The position numbers were made by a program, and so were the translations under genes. Shown in pieces: positions 1 to 34,951 of a stretch of 64,000 nt of DNA. Every line of letters starts with the position of its first letter. Positions within the stretch are counted from its first letter, which is position 1. This DNA is from Amoebidium appalachense (lineage: Eukaryota > Protista > Ichthyosporea): the NCBI GenBank assembly GCA_963693365.1, contig CAVNZM010000001.1, forward strand, positions 19,910,125 to 19,974,124. The letters run 5' to 3'. Under the pieces are notes generated by a model. That model was not told the DNA's origin and did no database searches. It worked only from the letters and a program-made list of their open reading frames with translations.

Positions 1-1273
1 CCTCCCCGGCCCCGCCGGGGAAAATTTGAGGTTTTTGGACCTCAAAGAAGTCAAATCCTGCAATCCACTACCGGGAGGCCAAAAAGGGTGATTTCACAAA
101 AAAGCAGGGTCATACATGAAAAAGAGAAAATGGGCGAGTTCAGTGGGCTGCCGATAGGTATATTTCGTGCTGGGCCGGTATACATGCTGCCGTGGTTGTT
201 GCTGTAGACGGCAGTATGGCATTGCCCATGTGTCACGTGACCTGCACGTGAATGCGACCATGTGCAGGCACTGAGTCTAGGGGGATTTGTGTGTGTGTTT
301 TGGAGCACCGACAAGGCAGAGCCAGGGTGAGGGATGTGTAAACATGGAGTTTAGGGAGATCGTGCTGCTATTGTAACATGTGCACAAAACAGCCACGTGC
401 ACCACACTCCGGTGTACAGAACAATAATATGCACATGCGTCACTGTAATATCATGTATGCGCATGCCGCACAAGGTTTAGGAGACCACCACAGTAGATAC
501 TATTTTCTTTTGGTGGATATCCATGTAGGAATGGTGTGTGCAGTTGTCATGATCAGCCTGAGGCAGGCACGTGCACTCACTGAATTACTAGAACTCGAAT
601 AAAAAATACATTCGCTAAAAATGGCAAGGTAAATTTGGGGCCAAGCTATTATTTCCCCCTTTTAAACTTTTTTTTGGCTCCAAGAACTTCGACGCCAAAA
701 TTTCTATATTTGGCCATCGTATATGATAATGAACACGTGTACTTAAAGTAGTTATATAAATATGGACGGCCCGTTACAAATACAGTGACGAAAAACAGTG
801 ACCCACGAGCAGTTTTTCTTTCTATCCCCCCCCCCCCCCCCCCAACACACACACACACACCACACACCAGACACACACACCACCACCACGGTGACCACCA
901 CCACCACCACCACCACCACTCACCCCCCAAAAAAACCACACACATACGTGCACGTGTACACACACTCACACAACTGTACCACCACCACCTCCACTGGACC
1001 CCATTTCCTCGTTGTTTTCTTAAGCCTTCAGACCAGTCCTGTACACTGGAGTTAAACAATTGAATTCACCTAGGCTGACATGCATCCACCCCCGCCTTCC
1101 ACTTCCCCTCCCCCCACCCCCACCCCCACCCCCCTCCACCCCCACCCCCTCCCCCCTCAATGAAGAAGGGCCCCCGTAAGCCTTGGGGGGGGGGGGGGGG
1201 GGGGGGAGGGGGAGGGGGGGGAGGGGCTCTCGAGCCTCCGGGTAGGGAAATGGGGTCCGGGGATCCGGAGAGG

Positions 1274-1324
<51 letters not shown>

Positions 1325-1457
1325 GGGGCATATAATATTGGGCCTAGATATCATAGTATGGGGCCCCGGGGGAGGGAGAGGTGGGGGGGGGGAGGGGGGG
1401 AGGATCCACGGGAAAGACCTTTAGGTGCATGTTCTTATTTATACCCCCTTCGAATCA

Positions 1458-1505
<48 letters not shown>

Positions 1506-2206
1506 TGAGTGCAGGCCGTGACGTAGCTACGGTAACCCTGCAGAAGGCAACAAAAATGTATTAATTACTAGCACTGTACATGTGTTCATAGTGCAGCTTG
1601 CACCACGTATGATCTCAGCAACTTTAAAGTAGTCACAAAGTTTAGTTATTTTCATTATTTTCATTGCTCTGAACTCTATTACTCTGAAACGATCACCGTG
1701 CATGTGCCACAAGATAACAACCCTATATGTGTGCAGCTGCAGCCTGCAGGTTAGACTCGCTGAAAAGACAATTGTCAGTGTGCATCCGACGCTTGCAGCT
1801 GCAGCTAGCCTCTGCAACATTAATACTTGCCAAGTGAATGCTCTTACACTTGATCATCATTCACTCAAAAAACCGAGGACCGACAGATTAAATATTAATG
1901 TCGATCCGAATGATCAGCAAGTGTCTATGTGTACTACTATATATACACACACGTTAAAAAGCGAAGCTATCAGTTACAAGGCACACCTGCTGCACTGGCA
2001 CACATACACATACACACTGGCAGATCGATGCTGTCAAAATTTACTTTCATGTACTTCGTCGGTCCGACACAGGTGCACATGAACACGTACAAATGTACAA
2101 GCCGCGCACACACCACACCACACATACATACACACACACACACTCACACACACACACACGCACACACGCACGCACACACACACACGCACGCACGCATACA
2201 CACACA

Positions 2207-2238
<32 letters not shown>

Positions 2239-2529
2239 TCACTGGGTGCGCTCGCTGGGGATTAGTTTTTTGGCACACTGTTGACTTTATCGTGTGTTTA
2301 TTATTTGCTATTTATTGGCCAGCGGCCAACATTTAAAAATATATATACCTAAAAATAAATACTGACTGCGGCCAGCAGACATTATACACCTTCCAGGACA
2401 CATTAACACCAGTAGTCTAACACACCATACTCTCGATCACAAAGAATTACTAACAAACAGAGAAAAGTGCAAAGGCTCTGTACTATTACTCAGATTCTTC
2501 TTAACAGTAAACTTCGGAATGAAAGCTAG

Positions 2530-2564
<35 letters not shown>

Positions 2565-2643
2565 CATGACTGTACGAAGAACAGGTATAACTTGAAGCGC
2601 TACAACACATATGAGATCCGTTACATTGGTGTACATTCCAATA

Positions 2644-4397
2644 TTAGACACTAGTTTGGCTACTCTGACTACTCTGAGATCCTGATTGGCTGCCTGCAGA
2701 CTTGCGGCCACGATTACTTTGCTTTCGATCGTGCCATTGCAGCTGCGTCTCTCCAGCAGGTGGCAACGCCAGGCCCAGCACAGCAGATGCACGAGAAGGG
2801 GGTGGGAACTGCCCACCAGCCGAGGGCTGGCCCACATGGCCCAAGTAAGGATGGGGACCGTGCTGCGGCAGTAGCCCAGGCATGGGGAAGGCAGGGCCGG
2901 GCTGAGGCGGCATGATGCCCCACGGTGGGGGCCAGCCATGTGGGTGGTGCGGGCCTGGATGGGATGCAGGGGGCATGTGCGGCACATGGCCCTGCTGCAT
3001 GTCAAGCGCGGGTGCTGGTGGCGTGGCATCCTGATTGGCTGCAACCCAACGTGGGCAGCTCTTGGCCCGATTGGAGCCGGGGCAGCCCTTGCCCTGGCGG
3101 CCACACGTCTTGCAGGTCTTGGGGGCTCTCTGGGGTGGCTGCATAGGAGGGGGCACCGGCAAATCCATCTGCAGGGGCCCCTCAGGCCCAATGTTGCGAT
3201 GCTTCTTGCCCACACGCATGGGCAAGGGCCGCTCACGCTGCGCCCCTGCATCGACACCGTCTGGAACAGGGAGGGGTGGCAGGGGGGCAGGCCGTATGGT
3301 TGCTGGCACAGCGTCTGCCCTCTCCTCGCGCATACGCTTGCGGTGATCTGCCAGGCCCTCATGTGTGGAGCGCTGTGCATGTGCCGTCTGCCAGGTCTTC
3401 CACTTGTCGAAATGCTTCTTGATGTAGGCCGCATCCTTCATGTAGATTCCCCCAGCCACAGAGGCAGCCTTGTTGAAGTCTTGGTCCAAAGCCTCGAACA
3501 GCTGGCCGTTGGGCATTGCATGTGCCTTGTAGGTGCCCAGGAGCAGCGTGCTGAATAGCTTGCGCTCCTGAGGGGTAAGCACCGGAAGGAAAGGGATGGC
3601 CACATGTTGCTTCTGCGCCAGGAACTTGTAGTCGCCCCTCAGTGCAGGGTCCGGCTGTGGTGCACCACGCGCCACCTGGTTGCCCCCCCCCATGGCAGCA
3701 CCGTCACCCTCCTCGACCTCACAGTCCTCTGGCCCGCCCATAACGCCATTGGCTGCAGGCCCGTTGTTATCAGAAGGAGGTGGGGGTGCGGGCACCGCAA
3801 CTGGCTCCTGCGCCGGGGCATTGGCCACACAGGAGAGCGGGGCAAAGTTGAAGTACTCCTCCGGTAGCTTGTAGCAGCCCACGGGTACCCACTGGGGGTC
3901 GAGGTGATGGCCGTACAGCATCAGGGCCAGTGCCTCCATGTCGTCCACAATCCAGGGGTAGTGGGGGGCGCCCGATGCCTGGCCCAGGCGGTTGCGGTAG
4001 TGTGCACGCAGGTTGTGGCGGTGGCGCCTATTGGACATGGTGGCGTCCAGCAGGCGCAGCGACATGCGTGTGGCCCCAAAGTGGGTGGCCAGGGGGTTGT
4101 GCACTGCCCCCTCCACCTCGTTGGTGCCCCGGATGTAGCGGTAGCGCATGAGCCCATCTGCGTCGGCAGTGGTCTCGTAGTAGAGGGGCAGGCCGGGGGG
4201 GTCCGACAGACAGCCATTTTGGGCGTGTTCGAGCAGCGACTGTGGGGGCACAAGCAAACATAAGAGAGATGGGTGGGTGGTGGTGGTGGTAGTGTGTGTG
4301 TGTGTGTGGGGGGGGGGGGGGGGATGGGGTTGCTAAGGACAAAAAGGAGCAGGGAAAGGCAAAAAACAACTGGCTAGGCAGCAAGGGACGTGCGGGT

Positions 4398-4445
<48 letters not shown>

Positions 4446-4660
4446 TGTATGTTTGGGGGGGGGGGGGGGGGGGGGGGAGGGGGGAGGCTAGGGTGTGCGT
4501 GTGTGTGCAGATGAACCAAGGATGACAAATAAGCGAAGAATCTTTTCTGTGGTGGTGGAGTTGTTGGGCGCCTGCGGGGGGAGGGGGGGGGGGGGGGATG
4601 TTGCCTCGAGTCTTTCCAAGCCATCCTTCTTGAACAGAGGCTTGCCATCCGGTCCGGCCT
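2644..4660 (-). mobile_element. C-terminal part of a KDZ (Kyakuja-Dileera-Zisupton)-like DDE transposase; probably 5'-truncated or degenerate
   Basis: The ORF 2644-4257 contains GCLSDPPGLPLY...GLMRYRYIRGTNEVEGAVH, which resembles the Zisupton-type C.QDPPG..LY...YRC.RG...E..H block. It also has a C-terminal CxxC-x6-C-x8-C motif and a Pro-rich tail. An acceptor (cccacag) lies near 4240, and a short upstream segment GPDGKPLFKKDGLERLE (~4606-4660) is preceded by an in-frame stop. No TIRs identified. Confidence 0.6.
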
Positions 4661-4944
4661 AACTGATCCTTTTCCTTTGCGGCAGAAGCTTGCCGTGATT
4701 CTCAACGACCACCTTTGCCCAGAAGCGGCAAAGTAGTATTCGTTTTTATCGTTTAAACAATACTTACTTTAATGAATACTCACTACCACTCAAAATCTCA
4801 CATTACAGATATGTACAAAAATTCATAAGGGCGCTTTTGTCTCTGTGGTGGACCATATTTCTAGAACGCAGCCACTCACTTTCAAACGGTTGTTTTGCAC
4901 GCAATAGACGTACGCGTTGTTTACAAACCCCCAAAGGAAGAAAA

Positions 4945-5975
4945 ATGGTGTCTGCTCTTATGACCCGCACTGCCGTGCGCGCGGCTGTTCGCCCCGCTGC
5001 TCTGCGCACCACCACACGTCTGATGTCCACCGGCAAGAAGGCTGAGCCCACATACACGGGTCTGCTTGTGGGCTCCTTCGTTTTCTGGGCGGGCACCTTC
5101 GCCTACGTAAGTGGGATACTGCAGCTGTACTACTGTAAATGGCACTGTGGTGGGGAAATGGGGTTGCTGGATGCCGTGTTATGCTTTAAGGTTCTCTTTG
5201 TGTCAGTCAGTGTTTCACTGCCTTTGTGTTTCAGATCTCGAAAGAACTTAACGGAACATGATGATTCGCCAATACACACTGGTGGAAACAGAGACGAGCA
5301 CTAAATGCCTCCACTTACAAAAGGCTCTTGTGTAAAGCTGAAATTCTGTTTCGAAAATACAACAAACATCTACTGTCTTAATCACCTACTGTTCGAAACA
5401 CCCATTGCTGCAAAAACGTACTTCTACCCCACATTCTTTTTGAAACTATCCACACACATGCATGTTCTCTCACCGTTACACATTAGTTGACTAAATAGCA
5501 GGTTCATCAAAGTGAGTCGTATAAAATGGAAACAGCTGGTGACGTGCTTTGGTAGTTTTGCCGAGTGCTGAATTTTCGCTCCACCCACAGGCCTTCCAAA
5601 CACACGCTTTCGATGCCTACCTGCAGGTGCCTTACCCCCTCCCCCCCTGCCCCCCGTCCCATCTCCCCCCTTCCCCCCCCCCCCCCCCCCCCCCCCCCAC
5701 CCCGCCCCCAAAAAAAGAAAATAATTAAAAAAAAACGGCTCTCCCGCGCCGTTTACCTCCAGCTCATCCCCCCTTGCCCTAAACCTACCCTGTTTCACCG
5801 TTTTTGTCTACCCCCCCCCCCCCCCACACACACACACACACACTTTTATCGCTGTCTCTCTGTGTACGACCTGTATGTTAGTCTGAGGAAAGCTGAATGT
5901 ACTATGCGGTTCTGCAAGTTGTTCCATCTGTTCCTTCTTTTATTTGTTCCCCTTTCTCTGTGCCTAAAAACACAG

Positions 5976-6012
<37 letters not shown>

Positions 6013-6664
6013 TCTCTCCCTTCCTCCCTCTCCTCTCCCTCCCTGCTCCCTTCCTTTTAATCCCTTTAATGAAGCTTGATGGGACATTCCACCGATGAAG
6101 CCAGTAGTGGGTGTAGGTATATGGCAGGCAGAAGGTGGTGTGAGTGATTCGTGATGGCCTTGGAGAAAGGCAGCGACAGCCCCTAGTGTTGATAAAGATG
6201 AATCCCTGAAGTAGGGGAAAGGAGAGAAGGGCTGGGCTGGTGAGGTGCAACAGTCTTTTGGTGAGATTGAGTAACTCAAGTGATAACTTTTACTGCCGTG
6301 CCTGTGTGTGCACATGCATGTCTGTGTGTGTGTACGTGTGTTGAGCATGTGTAAGGGAAGCCCCCCCCCCCCCCCCCCCCCCTCCCTAGGGGGGTCGAAA
6401 GCACGCGCCCACCCCCCGACTACCACATGTGTGCCCTCCTCTAGTCGTGTTTCACAACCCTCACACGACCTTTCCTTTTCAGGGTGATGTCTTTCACAAG
6501 GAGAAGGCCCGCAGGCAGGGTGGTATGTATCCCCACCCCGTTCTCCCCACCCCCAACCCCCCACGTTCTCCTTCCCCCGGCGAATTTGCTGCCCTTTTCC
6601 CGGCATCCCGTTCTCTCTAGGCGCAGTTTTCCACCCTGGTAGCTCCCATTTTCCCTCTCAGTAG
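4945..6664 (+). CDS. Small (~81 aa) putative mitochondrial single-pass membrane protein, 3 exons
   Basis: Exons are 4945-5106 (donor gtaagt), 6483-6522 (tttcag / gtatgt) and 6621-6664 (ctctag, TAG stop), and the phases are compatible. The N-terminus MVSALMTRTAVRAAVRPAALRTTTRLMS is Arg/Ala/Thr-rich with no acidic residues, like a presequence, and is followed by the hydrophobic stretch LLVGSFVFWAGTFAY. Confidence 0.55.
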
Positions 6665-9045
6665 ACATGAGCCTGCACCAGCTCCACGACACTAAATGGC
6701 TGGTGGTATTGTGTTGATTGGCCCCAATCATCAATATGTTTTACTGGTTGTGAGACGTTGAATGTGCTAGGGACAAAGATAGCGACTAGATGGGTGAGTG
6801 TGTCTGTGGCGGGGGAAGCTGGTGGTGGAGGTGGTGTCTGTGTGCGTGTGTCTTTGTGAGAGGGAGGGAGGGGGGGGGGGGGAGGGGGGGGATGGGGCTG
6901 AAGGGGGTTGTTGATTGGGTAAAAAATGCAGAACCCCCCCCCCCCCGCCCCTTCCTCCCTACCTTCTTGCTTACCCACGATCTGATTTGCTTTGTGATGC
7001 ACACCGCTGATTACTGTCTCCACACAAACCCCCACCCACTTTCCCTATCCTCATTCACGCAACACACATGCACCACACACAACGAGAAACTTGGAGGGAG
7101 TGAGGCACGGAGAAAGGAGTGGAGAGTAGGAAGAGGAAAAGCGTTTGTTAGACCAGGGGGCTTGGGAGCTAAGGCACGAAGACCCCCCCCCCCCCCCCCC
7201 CCCCCCCCCCCTTTCCTCCCTCCCCGGCACGGAAAACACACAAGCACACACCACCCACACGCAAGCACACACACACACACACACACACACACATGCATTC
7301 GAAGCACCCAGCTTCGAGGGTTACACCACATGATCACCACAGCAGTCACTGATGTTTCTCCCCCTGGCAGGCAACTAAACATCTGCCGACACCTTTGTGA
7401 GGCGATAAGAGAGGTGGCAACCGTGTCACCCTACTAGCCAATAAGGAGCGCATGATAATTGAACAATAAAAAGGGCTGCAGCTGAGTGGCTGTTTGGTCA
7501 CAGACAATATCTGCTGGACGGAAAGTGAATCCTTCTTTTTTTACGTGGCTGGTGGTCTTGTGTGTGTGTGTGTGTGTGTGTGTCCATGTGTGTGCACGTG
7601 CCGTGTGTGTGTGTGTGCATGCGTGCATGCACACGCTCGCGTTTGTGACACATTCTCTTGTCAAACGTGTTTTTGTCGGTTTGTCACCTTGATTTTTGTT
7701 AACACGAGTGTCCGTGGGGACGCTCTAGATACCCCAAGTGTCTGTCTGTGGAATGTGGCGCCTTGTCCCGTTTTGTGTGTCAGGGTATTAGGCAAATCGA
7801 TGCATGCCTGGTCCACACACATAATCATGGGTGCATCCATGTATCATGCATATGCGTGCACTGTGCAATTGTGTGCAAATTACTATGGTAGTGTCCTTGC
7901 ATGTAGGCGGGTGTGCGCATGGCAACACATGCAGGTTGTGCGTGCGTGTCTGAAGGCAAATCTGGCCGGCCGGGCTGGGGCCTGGGACTCAACCATATCT
8001 GAGACACTGATCAAAGTTTGAACGTTGCTCGTGCTTGGTTTCGATGTATGTTTGTGATATATTTCACGGCGTACGTACATGGCTGGTCAGCTGATGATTC
8101 AGAGTCGTGAATATCAATTGCAATGCCACTAGTACTGGCGGTATTCCTACTTTTCAAACTAGTATATCGGTCATCCCACTCTACTAACTCGGAAGTACTT
8201 GATCCTTGCTGAATCGAGCTTCGCACATATATTAATTTCCTTGTTGTTGTTATGATACCTTTAAATAGTTCGTCGCCTTCTGCTGATGGTTTACATGTAG
8301 CAGTGTACGTACACGAGTCTTCATATTTTGGGCAGTCGATGGGGAGCACTGTTTATTACACTATTGCAATTTCATTGACCTCCCGCCAATCCGGTGACGT
8401 GACATCGTGTGTGTGCATGGCAAGCTTACTGTGCTTTCCAGCAAGGGCGCACGCTAGATGTGAGGTACCGCAAACGGCCACAGAGATATTCAACTTGCAT
8501 CACTTAAGTATCTATGTAATTTGAAAGAATACTGTGCGCACCTCTCTCGAGGTACTTGTGTGGAGGAAGCTCAAACAAGAGGTACAAACACACAACCAGT
8601 TAGGATACTCTGAGTGATAAAAGTTCAGTGAAATATCAAAGGGGACACGTTACAAAGCGATCTCCAATAGTCACAAGACCACAAAATACATGCATACACT
8701 TGTCGGTACCTGCATGTTATGAGATCACCTGTCGCAAGTTGTGACATACCACAAGCAATTTGCACTGACAATTAATGGAAGGTGCAGCTGGGTGACATGA
8801 ATTCCCGAGAAAAACTCAGCAGAACCTTCAGACCTGATTACATATCCACGGAAGTATTCACTTTGTATTCAAAGTATTCAAAAGGTATCTATCATTCACA
8901 AGGGTTGTTCGCTAGAACATGGGACAACGGAAAAGGTCTACAGGGGAGCGTACATATATTTTATGTCATATGCACATGTGTTTGTGCTAGCCCGTGTGCC
9001 ATTACGTTGACAATTATCTACTACGTATTTCGACATTTGGATATG

Positions 9046-29229
<20,184 letters not shown>

Positions 29230-29609
29230 TCTGTGGGAATGGGTGTAAGCGTGTGGGCTTGTGTACCTGGTTGAAGTGTTTTATGGGGAATGGCCGGGAA
29301 ATGGATCGGGGGGTAAGGAGAACATGGGGGCACGTGTGGCGGGTGGGGATAAGGGAGCCAGGGGTTGGAGGGATCCCAGAGATGGGTGGGGACGGAGAAG
29401 ACATACTCGCTTACAAGATACTGCCCCGATGTGCACTCCCAAACGACAAGTTTATGATGTTGTGCGTGTTTGTTTGTGTGTGTGTGTGTGCATGCGCGAA
29501 CACGTGCGTGTGTGCGCATGCGTATGTAACATGCATGTATGTGTGTGTGTGTGTGTGCTCGTGTGCTCGTGTGGGTGTTGTATTTGTGTGTGCGTGTGCC
29601 TTCAATCAG

Positions 29610-29691
<82 letters not shown>

Positions 29692-32504
29692 CGTGCGTGT
29701 GTGCGTGCACGTGTGTGTGTGTGGGGTGGGTAGGTGGGCGGGTGTGGGCGTGGGTGTATGCACGCGTGTGTGTGGGTGGGTGGGAGTGTGTGTGTGTGTA
29801 CGCGCGTGCGTGCGTGCTTGTGTGTGTTTGGGGGAGGGATGTGTGTGTGTGTGGGGGGGGGGGGGGGGGTGGGTTGGAGGGAGAATGCCCCACCTGTTAA
29901 TAATGTTGTGTATGAGAGTGCGGAAGTGCTCATTTCATGAGCTTGTACCTAGTTTATATTGTGCATATTTGCCCGTTTTGCATTCAAGCACGTGGTTTGT
30001 CTCTGCAGAGTGTGCTATCTTTCACGTGGGTCGGTGTGCGTGTGTGTCCTTGTGTGTGTGTTATGTGTGCGCTTGTGCATATACATACACGTGTGTGTGT
30101 CCCGTGATGCTATTTCAGTAGGATTATTGACATTCTGTGCACTATATGCACTCATATATTGGTTTGCCTTGCGTCCTATCGCGTGAAAGAACGCGAACGT
30201 ATTTGAGAAATGGGGGGGGGGGGGGGGGGGGGGGGGCGGGGGAGGGGGCTGGTCAGATCCACAAAAAAAAATTGGCATCCATGAACACAACAGACGCTAC
30301 ACGATCCATAACCTCATCTCCATTACTGGAGTGTAGCTACCCATGTACCCAAGATTTCTTGACACTGTGACTTATCTTCGCCTGTGTATCCGTTATGTGC
30401 TCCTACTGAAACTTATTCTTCAAGTTCTTTTCCTTAGAGAATACCCCTGTAGGCCTCATCTGGCAGGTCAAACATATAGATCTATCCCCACATCTGCCCT
30501 GTGTTCGGCTGCCTTTTCATTTTATGACTGCTACTTATCAAAACGATATCCGTGTTCAGTATTAGCAAAACAGCCACAGCTCGTTCAGTGCTCCTTGCCT
30601 AACTGCTCGCGCTAGCAAAATGCGAGCAACTACCTTGGTTGGTGGTGGCTCGGTCCGTCCGTTGAATTGATGGGGCTAATTGAATACGGGGAAAGGCTTC
30701 GTCGCGCCCTGCTTCTTCAACACACGCCGCAAGGTCTACAAGAGACAAGGGAAGCAACCCTGAAAAGATCTCTGCTCAAAGTAAGAGCCTGTGCCTTTCT
30801 TAGGCTGGAACTCAGAAGTTCAGCTGAATGACATCCACCTGTGATCGGAAACAGTAGCGCTAGCCTGGAGGTGGGCCAGTTTGCCGTCGCCAAGGCGGAA
30901 CTGTATTTACGCAAAACAAAATTTAGCAGTTAGTGTTTTGATTGGTTTACCTAAAACTGGGGTGGTTGCGCAAACCGCTAGAAATCCACTACGTATGTAT
31001 GTAGGCTGCGCTGGCGCGCACATCAGCTGATGTCCAAAAATTTATGGAAATGCATGCCCAGAGTGAAACATAAGAAAAATCGCTAAATAATAAACGGGTT
31101 TACGAATGAATAAAGGGTATGTCTTTTAATTTTGATGGTCTTTGTACACTCCCCTGCCGGTACGAGGTAGAAATCAAAAAGCCCCAATGATTAGTAAGAT
31201 ATCATGCTATTTGAATAGTCAGTTCTTGTTTTGAGCCGCTACTTAGCAAAATGTCATTTTGAAATTTGATTCGTGAAGCACACACCTGCTCCGCCCAACA
31301 GCCGCGCGCGCGAGCGGTATGTGGAACATGGAAGTCATTTTTGCAAAAAGCCCTTGGTATTTATTTATAAAAAAATGTGTTTATGGAAAACATTACGCAC
31401 CTTAGATTGATTTCACGTGTCCTCTACAGTATGTACGACCAGCCCAGCGACGCTGGACAATGTTGAAACACCATAATTGATATCCATACAATCCATGGGC
31501 CGGGTGCCCCGGCAATGCATTGTCACTACTCACCTATTGGTGAAAAGTCATAAATATTAGCTCCCAATTGTTTTACAGGCTGGCAATGTACACTTACATT
31601 GGTACCGGAAACACCAATCGGATTGTGCGCTACATCCATTCAACTCCGTTCAACGTCATGTCGACCAATCAAAGCGAGGGATGGATCTGATGAGCCAGGA
31701 TCTCACCTTCCCACGCTCCCACGCGCCATGCGCCATGAGTGGTGTGGCTGCCCAGTCTCGAGCTCAGAGCAAGCCCGTTCCTTTGCAAGTTTTTAGTTCC
31801 TGCTGCCTTCATTTTGACCTAATGTTAATAGTTTAGTGGGGCTACTCCTCCTCTTCTTTTCCTCCTGTTTCCCCTGCTGTTATTTGCTCATTTTGGAGGC
31901 ACAGGAGCAGGCAGCTTGATCACGGAACTGCATTCGTGTCGTTTTGCTCTTTGTTGTGGTGATCCAAGCTCTCTTTCGTGTTTAATAGTGAGGACGGAGT
32001 ACGGGCTTTGTGCAGCACAGAGCCGAGGGGCAAGTAGGAGTGAGCGCTTGATGCCATGTTCTTGTGATATCTATATAACGTTTTTTTCGTCTTCTAGCTT
32101 TACAGGAGGTTGTAGGTTACTAGAACACACTGTGCTTTGTGGGCGAATACTGCAATAGCCTAATCAAGCCAAGCAGCTTGTCTGTTAATTGTTTTCTGTG
32201 CACACATTACCCTTTTTTTTTGACACAGTAAGCGTGGAAATGCTTGGTGTTTCCTTTAAAGCCGCAGTAAGAGAGGCTTTCAAATTTTTCCTCTGACCAG
32301 AGCACACTCTTCGTTGCCGAAGCGAAAGCAGTAATTCGTGTCAGACTTTTCCTGCTGGATATGCACATCCATGTCTGAAAACCCTACAGTTCGACTCATT
32401 TCAATAAGCACGCAAGGACTACCACATATTTTTTTTAAGACGCACATTGCGGTGAACCAAGGCCCTGCATTTTTTATGAGCGTGTTGAGTGAAAACTCTC
32501 AACC

Positions 32505-33025
32505 ATGGCGCCTGGAACGGCATTCAACAACGACCCCGAAACGTCGGACATTTCGGATGAGGATCTCTCCCAAAAGTACGTAGTTAGCACATGCACACAC
32601 GTACCTATATCTCAAACACGATGATACGGTGATACACAAGCAGTTTCACGGGGCGTTTTTTGGACACGCACGGCGTTAACACTCCAGTAGTACATTACAC
32701 ATGCAAAACTTTTTATAAAATGATATCTACACAATCAGGCTGTCTTTCTCACATCTGCATCCACACACATGCACACACGTACGAACTCACCGGTTGCACA
32801 CACACACAACCTCCCTGGGTGCTCCTGCAGACACCCAACAGCCCTGGAGGTTCAGTTGCACGACACACATACAGACATTGCTTCCGACCATTTATCTGAC
32901 CGAGCCCACCATTTAGTTTGTTGGCTGTAAATCAGTCTCACTTAGTAAGATCAACGCCTAGAGTTTAAGATGCAGCTACGTCATGTAGCATAGACTCGCG
33001 CCACTCGCGCACTGCTTTTCATGCC

Positions 33026-33056
<31 letters not shown>

Positions 33057-33104
33057 AAAAAAAAAAAAAGAAGAAAGAAAAGGAGAGAGAGGGGAAAAAA
33101 AGGT

Positions 33105-33185
<81 letters not shown>

Positions 33186-33318
33186 AGCGTTCATGGCATT
33201 GTCATCTGGGTGTGTTCGTGTGTCGATGGCATTTTTTGTGCATGGTTCTTTTTGTTCTGCATCTTTGCACTGTGCAGTGTGCACCCAATTCTAACGCCCC
33301 TTTTAACTCCCCCCTCCC

Positions 33319-33358
<40 letters not shown>

Positions 33359-34913
33359 ACCCACACACATGCACACACGCACATACACACACACCCAACA
33401 CACACGAACACGAACACGTGCACACTGTCACCACTACCCCACCTCCACTTTTTCAACAACAGTAGCGCCACATCAATCAAAGGATCAGCCAAACCTCTTC
33501 TTAGAAGCGACCAATCACATGTCGAATCGTCGATAAAGCATTCCAACGTAGCCAAATATGGTGGTACCACGTGCAAAGGCAGCGGTAGCATTTCTCTGCC
33601 AGACTCAGCCGTAGATGTTGAGTACTCGAAAGGGTCGAAGCATTCCTGTCAGCGGCATCATGGCGAGAATGCAGATTGCGTCCACAACTACACCAGGTAC
33701 GTGCGAGGGATGCCATTGTTGGTCAGCTCATATTAGTATGTGCGCACGTAAAATGAACACACGCATGTGCACATACACATATACACGCACACGCAAGGAT
33801 TTTCTATACCTGAAGAATTTCCATCTATGTTGTTAGCCACACGCGTTCCATCTATATTGTTCGTCGCACGTGTACTGCAGGGCGTAACACACACCCAACT
33901 GCACACACACCTGATGTCGTGATCCAAACCCACACATCCAGTCCAGCACTTCAGTCAATAGGGGGAGTGGAAGAGATTTGTTTCAAACAGGCTGCTGCGA
34001 TTTACACAGACGATACCCCCCGCCCCCTCTCCCCCTCCTGCTCCTCCATGCCTCCACCTACACCTTGGTCTCCCCTTCAATTCCTCCTTCCCCTTAACCC
34101 TGCTCAAACTCCCCCCTTCCTCCTGCCTGCTCTTCCACCCAACACACACCCCGTTATCCTTCCCCGCACTCCTCATCTATCTCGCACTGCTCAAGGTGCA
34201 GGACTTAACTTTTTTATTGAATCAGGCCCCTTGCCTGTCCGGCCCAGCCTTTCATCATATGTGGACACACGCATAAACACATGCACACGCATGCACACGC
34301 ATGCGTGCGCGCACGCGCGCACACACACACCCTTTTCCTCCAACTGCTCTTGCTTATGAGGCCTGCTTGCACAAGTGATCCTGCTCGTCTCTGATCAAGA
34401 GGGTCGAACTGCCCAAGTTCAAGTGAAGCACTTACAGAATAGGATTTGGCATGCGAGGTGGATGAGTCGAAAATTGGGTACTGTGGATGATTTAGGGCCC
34501 CCGTGGGCATGGGCTCTACGCTCCTCCCCCTCCCGCCTGCGTGGCAACTCATTTTACCTTTCACTCTTACACCGTATAATCCACCCACCTCTATAAACTG
34601 GACACTGTGGATGACTTAGGGCCCCCCTGAGGGTGGGCTCTAAATTCCCCTCCTCCTCCCACCCGCTTGTCAACTCTTTATTGCACCTTGCACTGTGTAA
34701 CCCACCCCACCTGTCTAACAGCAAGGGGCTACGCCGTGCGCTTGGGCTGCAGCACTGGGAGCTAGTGGGGTACGACATGCTGCCCGAGTGGCTGCAGGAC
34801 AACAACAGCATCCGCAAGTTCTACCGCCCACCACTCAACAGCTACCGCGCATGCTTCCATGTATGCCTCCCTGTGCTGCGCATTTTTGCCACCCTTCAAC
34901 GCATACATCCCCC

Positions 34914-34951
<38 letters not shown>

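Noticed and set aside
8011-8349. 112-aa minus-strand ORF, possible transposase tail
   Set aside because: No diagnostic motif, TIRs or splice support.
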